Origin: Candidatus Moraniibacteriota bacterium
Lineage (GTDB): Bacteria; Patescibacteriota; Minisyncoccia; Moranbacterales; GCA-2747515
Length of the DNA stretch: 64,000 bases
Direction: 5' to 3'
Assembly: GCA_046116545.1 (NCBI GenBank)
Contig: CP175956.1
Location: 321,734 to 385,733 of the forward strand
Below are positions 50,210 through 60,531 of the stretch, in pieces; the first letter of the stretch is position 1; every line of letters starts with the position of its first letter. A program made the position numbers and the translations under genes. The notes below the pieces were generated by a model, which was given only the letters and a program-made list of their open reading frames with translations, did no database searches and had not been told where the DNA came from.

Positions 50210-50437
50210 GCATGGATCTCCTTATTTTTTTATACTTCTTTTTAAAAATTATACGCTTTTTAAATAACCTCGAATTCACCACTATAGCACTTATTTCATG
50301 TTTTAACAATACCTCAACTCCTCACATCTCATTTTTCTATTGAAAACTTTTTTTGCTTATGGTAATGTTCTTATTATCAAGTTTTTTAAAATATACTAGA
50401 TTGGATTTAAAACTCTACTTAACCAAAGGAGTGATTT

Positions 50438-50791
50438 ATGCAACAACAACTGCATCAAGTTACGTATTGCAATAGATTCCGAAATAGACGACGATCTACA
50501 AAAAAGAAATATTGGTTCAAGTGCCTACATGCCTTACCTGAAAATCCACGTTTTGAATATCTACGTAGTAACCAAATTACTTTCAACATTTACTTGGGAC
50601 ACTACAATGCGCCAGTAGCTGTGGAAATAAAAAAGATTCGACATCTACGAAGGTCCCGATTTGGAAAACGAGTTGAATTAAGTTTAATTCATGTACGAGG
50701 TGATAAATCTTACAAAATAACAGCAATTTACAATATAAATAATGGCTCAATGGTAATTCACCCTGTGCCAAAATTTCTATTTGCAAACTAA
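50438..50791 (+). CDS. Hypothetical basic protein
   Basis: 117-aa ORF, AAAGGAG upstream, terminator hairpin at about 50798-50832. Confidence 0.6.
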   Translation: MQQQLHQVTYCNRFRNRRRSTKKKYWFKCLHALPENPRFEYLRSNQITFNIYLGHYNAPVAVEIKKIRHLRRSRFGKRVELSLIHVRGDKSYKITAIYNINNGSMVIHPVPKFLFAN

Positions 50792-50838
50792 TACTTAAAT
50801 GCCATGATATTTATACAAATATCATGGCATTGTTTTTT

Positions 50839-51654
50839 TTATTTCAAAATAAATCCAACATTAAAACATCCTGTACTAATCAAAAATACTATCATTAATA
50901 TTGTGATTATAATTGTAATAAAAAGATATATCCCTGCTGATCTTTTAGAAAGTTGTGTTTTAGGTGGTATTTTCTTCATTTTCTTAGGCAACAAGTACAA
51001 AAAGAAAGGCAAAACCAAACATTGCAAAACACCAAATGTACACCACACTGAAGGATAAGTTACACAAATATTAACTCCATTAGTATAATGACTTCCTATA
51101 GAATAGGCTGCAGCAATCAAAAAAGAAATTGTCATTGAAAACAACAGATACATCCAAGACAATGATTTTGAAATATATTGTCCTACATTTTTTTGTTCAA
51201 ATAAAATACAAATATTCCAATACATAAATAACACAAACCATGCAAGTGACCACAAAAATATCGAGTGATGTTCTAAATGGAAGTCTAACACTGTAAACTC
51301 TACTGGTTTTAAAAATAAATAGATCGCCACAATAGCTACGACAATACTTAATTCCCTGACATATAACTTACGATTATAAAATTTTTCCAAAGAAAAAAGA
51401 TAAAACACCATTCCAGTTAATGAAATTAAAAGACCTATTTTATAAACTATTACACTCCCAGTAACTAAAGAAAGAAATTCGAAAATCTGATGAGTACCAA
51501 TCATTGAACCTGCTATCATCAAATACTTCAAAAAAGGTATTAGCTCTTCTCTATTTATTTTTTTGTAATAAATGGAAGCGCTTAAATATCCGATTAACGC
51601 ACCAGCCCAAACAACAAGACCTGTCATTAATTGCACTTTTTCTACATAATTCAT
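50839..51654 (-). CDS. Multi-pass (7-8 TM) membrane protein
   Basis: Hydrophobic helices; HQIFEF and YPSVWCTFG motifs. Confidence 0.75.
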   Translation of the reverse strand: MNYVEKVQLMTGLVVWAGALIGYLSASIYYKKINREELIPFLKYLMIAGSMIGTHQIFEFLSLVTGSVIVYKIGLLISLTGMVFYLFSLEKFYNRKLYVRELSIVVAIVAIYLFLKPVEFTVLDFHLEHHSIFLWSLAWFVLFMYWNICILFEQKNVGQYISKSLSWMYLLFSMTISFLIAAAYSIGSHYTNGVNICVTYPSVWCTFGVLQCLVLPFFLYLLPKKMKKIPPKTQLSKRSAGIYLFITIIITILMIVFLISTGCFNVGFILK

Positions 51655-51706
51655 AATATTTATTTTTATATTGACCTTGTTACGTAGCCTACTATGTACC
51701 AAGCAT

Positions 51707-51913
51707 TTATTCTCCTAATTCTTTTTTCACTTCTTCAAATTCATTTTCAATTTCTTTTAATCGTTTTTTTGAATCTTTAATAAGTTTAGCTCCATCTTTC
51801 ACTTTTTTGATTCCTTCTTCAACATCAATCTCATCTTGCCCATCAAACCATGTCACTATTTCTTCAATTTCTTTTAATGATTTCGTTAAATTATCTTTTT
51901 TTTGCGCTGCCAT
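51707..51913 (-). CDS. xseB: Exodeoxyribonuclease VII small subunit
   Basis: LKEIEEIV..F...IDVEEGIKKVKDG..LI...KRLKEIE; downstream of xseA. Confidence 0.9.
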   Translation of the reverse strand: MAAQKKDNLTKSLKEIEEIVTWFDGQDEIDVEEGIKKVKDGAKLIKDSKKRLKEIENEFEEVKKELGE

Positions 51914-51933
51914 ATTATTTATAATTATTAATT

Positions 51934-51962
51934 ATGGACAGGCACAAGGCACTGTCCCTACA
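51934..51962 (-). repeat. GTAG-type REP between xseA and xseB
   Basis: ATGGACAGGCACAAGGCACTGTCCCTACA, 28/29 identical to 2678-2706. Confidence 0.8.
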
Positions 51963-51970
51963 GTTTAAAT

Positions 51971-53629
51971 TCACTTTACTATTGTATCTATCTTACCATC
52001 ACTCACTTGTATATTCATCTTATCACCTTTCTTTACATCTTTCACACTGCGAATCACTTTTCCACTTTTATCTGTTGTTATGCTATACCCAAGCATTAAC
52101 TGCCTTTCTGGATTATTGTTCTCTAATGCTTTTTCTAGAAATACTATTTGTTTTTTACTTATCTCAATTGTATTTTGAAAATTCAATACAGTACTTGTGG
52201 CTCTACTTATTATCTGAGTATAATTTAATACTATTTTATCTAAAGAATACGATAATTGTTTTAAATTATTTTGTAAATTTCTTTTTTTATTTATAATTTC
52301 ATTATCTAATTTTTGTACAGAAAAATTAAATTTTATAAATAAATCTTTTGCTCTTTGTAAAATTGTATCAAAAATATTTTTTATATAATATTCTTGATCT
52401 TTTAATTTTGATTTTTTGTTTTGCAATACTTTATCAAATGAATTCAATATCAATTGTTCACTATTACCCAAAAATTTATCCACATTATCCCAACTCTCTC
52501 TCACGCAATGAGCTGCTGCTGTTGGTGTACTTGCACCGTAATCGGCTACAAGTGTTGTTATGGTTTCATCTTGCTCATGCCCAACTCCTGCAACTACTGG
52601 CACTGGAAAGTCCGCTATCATTCTTACAATTTTTTCATTATTAAATGCCTGCAAACTTTCCAAACTTCCACCACCTCTTACAATCACTAATAAATCTAAA
52701 TCTTTATTTGCCATTGTGGTAAGTGCATTTTTTATATCTATAAGTGCATTTGCCCCCTCGACAGTTGAATGATGAAATATTATTTTGTATCCGTAATCTC
52801 CAACATTTGTAGTAAAATCTCCTATTGCCGCACCACTTCTAGAAGTTATTAACCCTATCCTACGAGGTAATTGTGGCAATTCTCTTTTTCTCTCATCTGC
52901 TAGCAATCCCTCTGCATCAAGCTTTTTCTTCAAGTCATCATATGCTTTTTTTAATGCGCCTTCTCCATAAAGTTCTACAGTCTGACCTATAAAACTAAAT
53001 CCATATTGTTTATGATAATTTGGATGCCCTGTCACAATCACCTCCATACCATCTTCCAAATTTATTCCAGAAAGTTCATAACTATTTTTAAACACCGCAC
53101 ATCGCAAAACACTTTCCCTATCTTTAATTTCAAAATATGCATGTCCATTTGGATTTCTTTTGAATCCAGTTATTTCCCCTTGTACACGAGTATTTCTAAA
53201 ATTTGTCTGTAACATTGTATCAACCATGGTTACAAACTGAGTAACAGAGATTGCATCGTCACCCTTCTCTTCTATTATCTCACCAGTTACTTCATCTACT
53301 CTAATTTCTTTTTTAATAGGATTTTTACTACTAAGTACCGCATCATTAACGCTATCAGCTTCATCAAATAAATTTCCAGAATCTCCTGACGAAATTATAA
53401 CACCTCCACCAGTAACTCCATCACCTCGCACTAGCTTTAAAATGTCATCACCATACTTCCGCACCTTTACAGCACCAATACCCTTAATACGTAAAAGTTC
53501 ATCAGCTGTTTTTGGCTCAAGTCTTACAATCTCTTTTATAGTATTAAATTGTAAAATCATATACGGCTCCAGATGACTCTTGCGAGCAGTATCTTGTTGC
53601 CATGCTATGAGTTTTTGAATTAATGACAT
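51971..53629 (-). CDS. xseA: Exodeoxyribonuclease VII large subunit with N-terminal HRDC domain
   Basis: VQGEI...GHAYFEIKD, IGLITS, VRGGGS, GVGHEQD, STPTAAA; N-terminal EPYMIL...PKTADELLRIKGIG.VKVRKYG is HRDC-like. Confidence 0.93.
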   Translation of the reverse strand: MSLIQKLIAWQQDTARKSHLEPYMILQFNTIKEIVRLEPKTADELLRIKGIGAVKVRKYGDDILKLVRGDGVTGGGVIISSGDSGNLFDEADSVNDAVLSSKNPIKKEIRVDEVTGEIIEEKGDDAISVTQFVTMVDTMLQTNFRNTRVQGEITGFKRNPNGHAYFEIKDRESVLRCAVFKNSYELSGINLEDGMEVIVTGHPNYHKQYGFSFIGQTVELYGEGALKKAYDDLKKKLDAEGLLADERKRELPQLPRRIGLITSRSGAAIGDFTTNVGDYGYKIIFHHSTVEGANALIDIKNALTTMANKDLDLLVIVRGGGSLESLQAFNNEKIVRMIADFPVPVVAGVGHEQDETITTLVADYGASTPTAAAHCVRESWDNVDKFLGNSEQLILNSFDKVLQNKKSKLKDQEYYIKNIFDTILQRAKDLFIKFNFSVQKLDNEIINKKRNLQNNLKQLSYSLDKIVLNYTQIISRATSTVLNFQNTIEISKKQIVFLEKALENNNPERQLMLGYSITTDKSGKVIRSVKDVKKGDKMNIQVSDGKIDTIVK

Positions 53630-53654
53630 AATAAAATATGTTTTTAAAATTTAC

Positions 53655-54686
53655 TTACGGCAATGATTGTAACATGTCGTCAATTTCATGTGCACTCTCC
53701 AACTCATTATCCAGTTCAATTCCTGTCACTGTGAGATAAGTTTTAAAATCATTATAAAGACCACAATTCAATGAAATATATTCATCTGGTTTCAATTTTT
53801 GTTCATCTTTTATATTAGCGTCACCTTGTGCGCTCAACTTATTAATTGCGTCATTTATATAATCAACAGAAACATCTGCTATACCTGGTAATCCACCAGC
53901 CATAAGTGATGCGATACGTGTCCCAAACTCCATGATAGCAACATTTGTCATATCAGCAATCCCATTAATACAATTTTTATTTGCATCAAGCATAAGAGTT
54001 TGCAGCTCCTGCCTCCTCGCATTTGTAAGTTTTACATCTTGAGACACTTCTTCTTTTAACGCTTGTAATTCAATTTTCATTTGTTCTATACTTTCTGTAT
54101 CTCGCATGCATTCTCCACCGCTACATACTTTTGGAAAATTTAAACCACCAAATATTTCTACGTCACTACTACAATTTGTATCAAATGTTTTAATGCATTC
54201 ACCCACACGTGGATTACAACCCATTTTCCATGCAACATCACCCTCACAAATTGCATCACACTCATTATCATACTGACATTTTTTCTCAACATCCTCTTTT
54301 ACTTCTTCCTCTACATCCTCTACATCCTCTTCTACAACAACTTCTTCTATTTCTTCTTCAACTTTTGGTACACACTTATTATCATTTACAACTTCATTTT
54401 GATCACATAACATACATGTCCGTCCAAAAAGTGCACCATTCTTTGCATTACACTCTTCTTTTAACTTGTCCATGTCAGGATTTTTCCATTCATCATATTT
54501 TTCATACACATAATCTTTTGCCTCTCCCTTACTCATGTTCAGATTGTCACAATATTCTCCATGAAAAGCACACTTACAATACCGAGCATCTACACCCAAG
54601 CCACAGAAGGTATCTTTTATATTACTCTTTTCACCACATCCACTCAATATGATGAAAAAAAATGGAATTATTAAAAACTTTTTCAT
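53655..54686 (-). CDS. Cys-rich putative lipoprotein
   Basis: MKK, hydrophobic stretch, lipobox LSGC; many cysteines. Confidence 0.75.
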   Translation of the reverse strand: MKKFLIIPFFFIILSGCGEKSNIKDTFCGLGVDARYCKCAFHGEYCDNLNMSKGEAKDYVYEKYDEWKNPDMDKLKEECNAKNGALFGRTCMLCDQNEVVNDNKCVPKVEEEIEEVVVEEDVEDVEEEVKEDVEKKCQYDNECDAICEGDVAWKMGCNPRVGECIKTFDTNCSSDVEIFGGLNFPKVCSGGECMRDTESIEQMKIELQALKEEVSQDVKLTNARRQELQTLMLDANKNCINGIADMTNVAIMEFGTRIASLMAGGLPGIADVSVDYINDAINKLSAQGDANIKDEQKLKPDEYISLNCGLYNDFKTYLTVTGIELDNELESAHEIDDMLQSLP

Positions 54687-54839
54687 AATAATTTATTAAA
54701 AACGATACCTGTATCATACCACACACAACATAATATGAAATAAAAAAAAGACCGAAGTATCTCGTTAGAGAAACTTCGGTCTATCACATCAAGCTACGCT
54801 TGAAAATAATTTCAAACATACCTGATGCCACTCAGAAGA

Positions 54840-55130
54840 CTATCTTACAAAGTCAGCAGACAGGGATCCGTCCAGAATATCAATGGCCTTATTAGCAAGT
54901 GCCAAATCTTCCTTAGTCAGAGAACCTGCATGGGCAGCAATACCGGTAATGCCTTTCTTCTTATGACAAGTGATCACAGGACATTCTCTTACCGCTGTAC
55001 CGTCTGACAGCATGCCTGACAACTTACGTTTACCGTTTTTCATCTTGTGACATACGATAACATCATTGTCGGCTGTTAAGAGTGTACTGGCACCTTTTTT
55101 TGTAAGCATCTTCTTTTGAATATTGTCCAT
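54840..55130 (-). CDS. Hypothetical protein
   Basis: 96-aa ORF, GAGG upstream, terminator-like hairpin at about 54749-54782. Confidence 0.6.
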   Translation of the reverse strand: MDNIQKKMLTKKGASTLLTADNDVIVCHKMKNGKRKLSGMLSDGTAVRECPVITCHKKKGITGIAAHAGSLTKEDLALANKAIDILDGSLSADFVR

Positions 55131-55269
55131 TGGATTATTCCTCTTTTGAACTTTTATAAAATGGTCATTATGACCGCTTCTTAAATAGCAAATTGATATT
55201 CAATAAATTGAACACCAACTTAGCATTAATCGATATTACATGATATACCCAATATTGTCAAGACAAGTT

Positions 55270-56181
55270 TTATACCAACTCTTGTTTAAATTGTATTAGA
55301 AAGTTTCGCAATTCATCATCACTGTAATTTTCTAAATGTGAAATTTCTAATACAATTGGCGAACGATGTCGTCGAAAATACCGTAAAAAATTTCCGTATG
55401 CATTTTTGTTTGCACTAACATTATCCTTTGTTGGCAAAACATGATGATCATCACTCCAATCAATCGGATTGAAAACGCCATCATTTCCATGAAAGTGAAA
55501 ATTATTTACTGTAAATCCAAGTGACAGAAACTTTCCAATAGAAAAGTCCTGCGCCAGTCGACGATGCCCAGTGTCAATCGTGATACCGATTGTACGAGTG
55601 TCTTGTAGCATTCGCTTGAAATGACTCGGTAGAAATCCAAGTGTACCAGCTTTTTGCTTCAAGTCAGTTTGATTTTCGATACCAATTAATGTTTGATGAT
55701 TAAAATCTATACGAAACTTATCCAGTCGATCAAAAAGTATCTTTGAATTAGCAATAGCATCCCTTTCTGATAAAAATTCACATCCATCAACTGAAATTGT
55801 CACTGGATGCATCGTAATAACACTGCCAATACCATACTTACGATATATTTCTTCCAACATAATAAATCGACTAACAATCAATGAATGATGTGAAATAACA
55901 CCAGCATTAAAACCGTTTTCGACAGCAGGATTCATTCTACCTTCTACTGGTAAATGCCACTGAATAGCAACATCATTATCACGAGAAAACTCTGACATCA
56001 TTTTTAATACACCCTCATTTTGATGAAAAGCTGTCCCCTTAAGAAAATAAGGTGCAGCACCGCTATTTGCAAATTTTTCTACCTTTGCTTCTATTAAATT
56101 TACACCAAGCCTAACTACTCTTTCAGCCTCATACATGTTTCGCACAGAAAATCCAACTTTTTGAACTTTATCCCATTCCAT
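55270..56181 (-). CDS. Xylose-isomerase/AP-endonuclease-2-like TIM-barrel metalloprotein
   Basis: TMHP, IGIEN, TIDTGH, FHFHGNDG...DDHHVLP, IVLEI. Confidence 0.8.
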   Translation of the reverse strand: MEWDKVQKVGFSVRNMYEAERVVRLGVNLIEAKVEKFANSGAAPYFLKGTAFHQNEGVLKMMSEFSRDNDVAIQWHLPVEGRMNPAVENGFNAGVISHHSLIVSRFIMLEEIYRKYGIGSVITMHPVTISVDGCEFLSERDAIANSKILFDRLDKFRIDFNHQTLIGIENQTDLKQKAGTLGFLPSHFKRMLQDTRTIGITIDTGHRRLAQDFSIGKFLSLGFTVNNFHFHGNDGVFNPIDWSDDHHVLPTKDNVSANKNAYGNFLRYFRRHRSPIVLEISHLENYSDDELRNFLIQFKQELV

Positions 56182-56332
56182 GATTTACACCCCCTTCTGA
56201 ATGTTTTTGTTAAATAACAATTTATTTTTCACTATAAAAATAGTATGTAATCGTATCATTTCGTACAACGCTAGTCAATGACAAATATTATAAAACCCTT
56301 GCAATATATTATATATTGCAAGGGTTATTTTA

Positions 56333-57007
56333 CTACTGTAGTACCCTAGTATTTTCCAGTTTTTGTATTTTAGCCAAAGTCTCTGATGCAAATGACAATG
56401 ACGGTATCTTTCTATCAAATATAAATAAATAATCCAAAGACTCTTTACCTCCAGCATCTAGAGTATAACTACCTGCATCACATCTGTAAAAAATTGTAAG
56501 CAGTTGAAAAAAATCTCTTGTATTCATTTCAATACGAGTTGCTGAATAATTAATCATTTGTGCTATTGTGTCTATATCTTTATTACCACGGATATATTCA
56601 CCCAGAGAGTCTTCTTCTATAAGTGCTACTGCAATATCTTTGTACTTATTTGAGATGACCAAAGTATCAAAAATATTTTTCAATTTCTCAACAGTATAAA
56701 CATGTTGTTGATTTTTATCACCATATGCAATTGCTTCTGGCTTTCCGATATCATGCAATACCAATATCAAACGAAATATTCCTAGATCAAAATTAGCTGG
56801 TAATTCATTACTACGGAAATATTTCTCAAACTGTCGCATCATCATGATAGTATGCTCACCAATGGTGTAGCCTTCCCAAACACCCGCATCAGCATTGTAA
56901 ATATCACCCAAATCACCTGATAAAAACTGAATGAGTTTTTCTGGTGTAAATTGTTTGTCATATAATATTTGATCTAATTCTTTTTTTGTAACCTGTAAAT
57001 TTTTCAT
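56333..57007 (-). CDS. HD-domain phosphohydrolase-like protein
   Basis: TIGEHT...VLHDIGK...CDAG; AGGAG upstream. Confidence 0.8.
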   Translation of the reverse strand: MKNLQVTKKELDQILYDKQFTPEKLIQFLSGDLGDIYNADAGVWEGYTIGEHTIMMMRQFEKYFRSNELPANFDLGIFRLILVLHDIGKPEAIAYGDKNQQHVYTVEKLKNIFDTLVISNKYKDIAVALIEEDSLGEYIRGNKDIDTIAQMINYSATRIEMNTRDFFQLLTIFYRCDAGSYTLDAGGKESLDYLFIFDRKIPSLSFASETLAKIQKLENTRVLQ

Positions 57008-57074
57008 AAATCAATCTCCTAAATTAAAACTCTCCTGCAAATATTATTGCAAGAGAGTTGTGTTTACCTTATCA

Positions 57075-57221
57075 CTATCTACAATTACTACAGGCAATTG
57101 CCTGTGCAATTTTCCACTCTCTCAATTTATATTCACGATTAAGTCTTAAATCGTACTTCACCATGTAATACAAATCTTTTGCACGTTGAGAAAAATTAAT
57201 GCGTAACATTTTACATTTCAT
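57075..57221 (-). CDS. Possible 48-aa small protein
   Basis: Manual translation MKCKMLRINFSQRAKDLYYMVKYDLRLNREYKLREWKIAQAIACSNCR with AGGAG upstream; below the ORF track cut-off. Confidence 0.35.
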   Translation of the reverse strand: MKCKMLRINFSQRAKDLYYMVKYDLRLNREYKLREWKIAQAIACSNCR

Positions 57222-57236
57222 TTTTTGTTCTCCTAT

Positions 57237-57299
57237 AGACAGGCACAAGACCTGTCCCTACATAACCATAGTTGTAGTGGCGGGTCTTGTGCCCGCCCA
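57237..57299. repeat. Two GTAG-type REP palindromes downstream of nadE
   Basis: AGACAGGCACAAGACCTGTCCCTACA and TGTAGTGGCGGGTCTTGTGCCCGCCCA. Confidence 0.7.
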
Positions 57300-57303
57300 T
57301 TGA

Positions 57304-58275
57304 TTAATCCACAAGACCTTGCTCACGGAGCTCCCAGCGTTCTACACCTGGAATTCCAAGCTCTTTGTGTCTTGTTGCCTTTTCGATTACCCGTGCAAAC
57401 ATTATTAATTGCACCTGATTCTCTGTGTATCCAAGTACACGAGCAAGAGACTCTGCATCAAAATTTTCTCGACAACCATTGATCACTTCTTGATCAAGAT
57501 TTTGTCTTACAATCCAGGCAATATTACCTTCAGTAAAAAGATCACCATAAGATAATCGAATATTAAATCCCATGTTCTGCGCCCAAGATGTAAGTTCATC
57601 TTCATCATTGTGTGCGTCACCATTAGCATTAAGATCAGCTGATGGAGTTTTCCGCGCAATTCGCATAAACACTTCTGCACCGTATACTTCACTAAACCAC
57701 ATGGCAATTTGTCTCACTTCGACTTTCATGAGACCGACAAGAATATTATTGTCTACTGCACCATCACCAAATTTGTCATAGTACCGAAAGATCAAATCTT
57801 CCTCAGCATTACCAGTGCCATATATCCGTCCAGCACCACCGTCAACAATTTTAGATAACAGTCCAGCAATTGGAACTGCAGCACGAGACTTAAAGGATGC
57901 ATAACCACTTTCCCAGCCATTTGCTGTTGAATCAATAGTACCCTCATCAAACCACTCATCACCTTCAGCTAATGCTTGTTCCTTCAGCTGACGAAGAATT
58001 TCATCATACATTGGATTTGCATCTATAACTCTCAACTTAAATCCTACTGCTTTTTCTAAATCTCTTACATCAACTAGGTGTTTTGGATTACTACGAAGAT
58101 CCCTATACATTGCAACAACATTCTCTGGACCAAATGCCCGAGCTAGTATTGTCACAACTACTGCAGAATCAACGCCTCCAGAAAGTGACACGTACACTTT
58201 TTTGCATCCTGCACCAAAGTCTTGTGCTCGTTTTTCCAAATATTTCACTGTTTGTTCAACTGGTTTTATAAACAT
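57304..58275 (-). CDS. nadE: NH3-dependent NAD+ synthetase
   Basis: VSLSGGVDSAV, GTGNAEED, YYDKFGDGAVD, KVEVRQ, KTPSADL...DEDEL. Confidence 0.93.
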   Translation of the reverse strand: MFIKPVEQTVKYLEKRAQDFGAGCKKVYVSLSGGVDSAVVVTILARAFGPENVVAMYRDLRSNPKHLVDVRDLEKAVGFKLRVIDANPMYDEILRQLKEQALAEGDEWFDEGTIDSTANGWESGYASFKSRAAVPIAGLLSKIVDGGAGRIYGTGNAEEDLIFRYYDKFGDGAVDNNILVGLMKVEVRQIAMWFSEVYGAEVFMRIARKTPSADLNANGDAHNDEDELTSWAQNMGFNIRLSYGDLFTEGNIAWIVRQNLDQEVINGCRENFDAESLARVLGYTENQVQLIMFARVIEKATRHKELGIPGVERWELREQGLVD

Positions 58276-58296
58276 AATATTATCTCCTATTTAATT

Positions 58297-58391
58297 GTCA
58301 TTGCGAGGAACGAAGTGACGTGGCAATCTCAACAATACCTTCTACAATCTTCAGGAATTGCTTCGTCGTCGTACCTCCTTCTCACAAAGAC
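58297..58391. repeat. REP-like doublet, GTCWTTGCGAG family
   Basis: GTCATTGCGAGGAACGAAGTGACGTGGCAATCTC...ATTGCTTCGTCGTCGTACCTCCTTCTCACAAAGAC. Confidence 0.8.
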
Positions 58392-58421
58392 ATCATTTAT
58401 GTTATGCACAATTTACTGTAA

Positions 58422-59153
58422 TTACTTGTTATAACGCCGTTGTTCGAAGTTTTCTTTGGCATCAAAACAAATTGATGTACTATACCGACTTGGTACAATC
58501 CGCACACTGTGTACTTCACAAAATAATTTGTTATCCGTAACAGCAATTGCGCTTCCGCGTATAACTTTAATTTGAATCTCTCGTTGCAAAACTGTTGCTT
58601 GCAATCTATTTTGAGTACAAATTCCAGTTACACACCAGAGTTTACTACCAAGTGGCAGAATTGTTCCTCCAGCAGTACGATTATACGCAGTTGAACCTTG
58701 TGGAGATGATACTATCAGTCCATCACCAGATACAGTCTCATCTTTGTACTCTAGAGTATTTAATTTTACTTCCACAATACCCGTTGGATCTACTGATTTT
58801 ATGTAAATATCATTAAATGCTATTCCGTTTTTAAAACCATTTTCAGTTTCTATATATGCTCGCATTCCACGCTCTGCGAAAGTATTCCACTGAGCATTTT
58901 GTAATTTTGCATATAACTGAAATGGTGTCGTAATCGTACGATTGAGTAAAAAGTTAACACTTCCAAACCCAATCCCTACAAAAGGAATATGTCTCTTATA
59001 ATATTTACGCTGAGCACCCAAGAGTGTTCCATCGCCTCCAAGTACAACAATTGCTTCAGGATTATCATAATCTTCCTCCACACCAAGCATCTGAAGTTCT
59101 TTCCAAAACTCGCCAACACCATCTTGTCTACCTAAAACTGGTAATATTTTCAT
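58422..59153 (-). CDS. nadK: NAD kinase
   Basis: VLGGDGTLL, GSVNFL, AFNDI, GDGLIVSSPQGSTAYNRTAGG. Confidence 0.93.
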   Translation of the reverse strand: MKILPVLGRQDGVGEFWKELQMLGVEEDYDNPEAIVVLGGDGTLLGAQRKYYKRHIPFVGIGFGSVNFLLNRTITTPFQLYAKLQNAQWNTFAERGMRAYIETENGFKNGIAFNDIYIKSVDPTGIVEVKLNTLEYKDETVSGDGLIVSSPQGSTAYNRTAGGTILPLGSKLWCVTGICTQNRLQATVLQREIQIKVIRGSAIAVTDNKLFCEVHSVRIVPSRYSTSICFDAKENFEQRRYNK

Positions 59154-59270
59154 ATCCTTTCCTTATATAATTGTTAATGAACTTTTTTCATCCTCATATA
59201 ATCACCAATTTAATAATTGATAATTACATGTAGATGGGCGAGAGAATTTATCTCTCGCCACAGTTATTTA

Positions 59271-60518
59271 TCAATACACACATTTTTCATCAAGAATTAC
59301 ATCGTAACCAAATAGTTTTTTATTACGAGCAATTGCCTCAGTCTGTCCGATAGCTTTGGCGACATTGTCACTGAGCTTCACAGCATCATTTCCACCTGCT
59401 TTTACAAGTTTCATCACGATAGAGAGTGGCTTCACAAATCCAGTATCATTACTAAAATTTGTACCCCAACCAAACAACACGTTAGTTTTATTACCAAACT
59501 CACCATAGAGTTCGATCATTTTCCCCGCATTAAGCCCATCACTGAAAAATATTGTCTTGTCAGCAGGATTGATACCAAATCGTTTCCACATGTCCAACAC
59601 CATATTTCCAAACTCAATTGGGTCGCCAGAGTCCTGACGGAAACCATTTGCCTGATAAGCAAGTTTTTCAGGAATATTATTCAAAAACTGCTCAGAACCA
59701 AAAGTATCTGGAAGAATAATCCGAAGCGGATCATCGAAAAGCTCAAACCACTTTTCGAATACTTCATATTGAGAATTCCAAGCAATATTAGGTCCCTCAT
59801 GCCAACGCAATGCATTAAGTGCCATAGATAATTCATGCGCATTAGTGCCTCCATATGGGACACCCAATTCTTGTGCTAATTTCATATTGGAAACTACAGG
59901 CATTACATCTGGCATCAGATCTAGTGCCATTTCGGTCATGTGTTTTTCCCACGCGCCAGAGAGACGTCTACGCAGACCAAACTGCAAAGCTCTTACTCCA
60001 GTTCCACGCAACATCTGTGCCTTTTCTCGCAAACGTCGCTCACCTTCCCTAATAAGTTCTACCTCAGAAATATTATTACACTTCACCATTTCTCTGACAT
60101 AAAGTTCATTCACAATTGGCAGAACTATAAGCTCCCACAGAGTTGTCTTGAACCAATAGTCTTCAGTAGTTTCAATATTTAATTGAAACTGTAATATCCT
60201 AGACACAGCAATATCTGATAATTTTAAACCTCGTAAAAAGTTAAAAAATTCTTCTGGATAATTTTCGTTTTCTCGTAAAAATTCAATCTCATCATCATTG
60301 AACTCCAGTGTTTGTTGTGCAAAATCAAGCTCCTGACGAATACGCTCAACACCAATTTCTTCAACCAATTTCACAAATGACGTACGATTTGTAAAAGCAA
60401 ACTTTGTTTTGAGCGTTGGAAAGAACTTCCAGATGAAATAAAGCATGCGAATCTTGTACGTATCAGTTTCCAATAAACTTGTTATGATTGGTTGATCAAA
60501 ATCAAATAATTTTTTCAT
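59271..60518 (-). CDS. pncB: Nicotinate phosphoribosyltransferase
   Basis: SLLETDTYK, FGLRRR, GTNAHE, PDTFG, RQDSGDP, FSDGL, FGWGT, AVKLSD. Confidence 0.95.
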   Translation of the reverse strand: MKKLFDFDQPIITSLLETDTYKIRMLYFIWKFFPTLKTKFAFTNRTSFVKLVEEIGVERIRQELDFAQQTLEFNDDEIEFLRENENYPEEFFNFLRGLKLSDIAVSRILQFQLNIETTEDYWFKTTLWELIVLPIVNELYVREMVKCNNISEVELIREGERRLREKAQMLRGTGVRALQFGLRRRLSGAWEKHMTEMALDLMPDVMPVVSNMKLAQELGVPYGGTNAHELSMALNALRWHEGPNIAWNSQYEVFEKWFELFDDPLRIILPDTFGSEQFLNNIPEKLAYQANGFRQDSGDPIEFGNMVLDMWKRFGINPADKTIFFSDGLNAGKMIELYGEFGNKTNVLFGWGTNFSNDTGFVKPLSIVMKLVKAGGNDAVKLSDNVAKAIGQTEAIARNKKLFGYDVILDEKCVY

Positions 60519-60531
60519 AATAGATTCTCCT

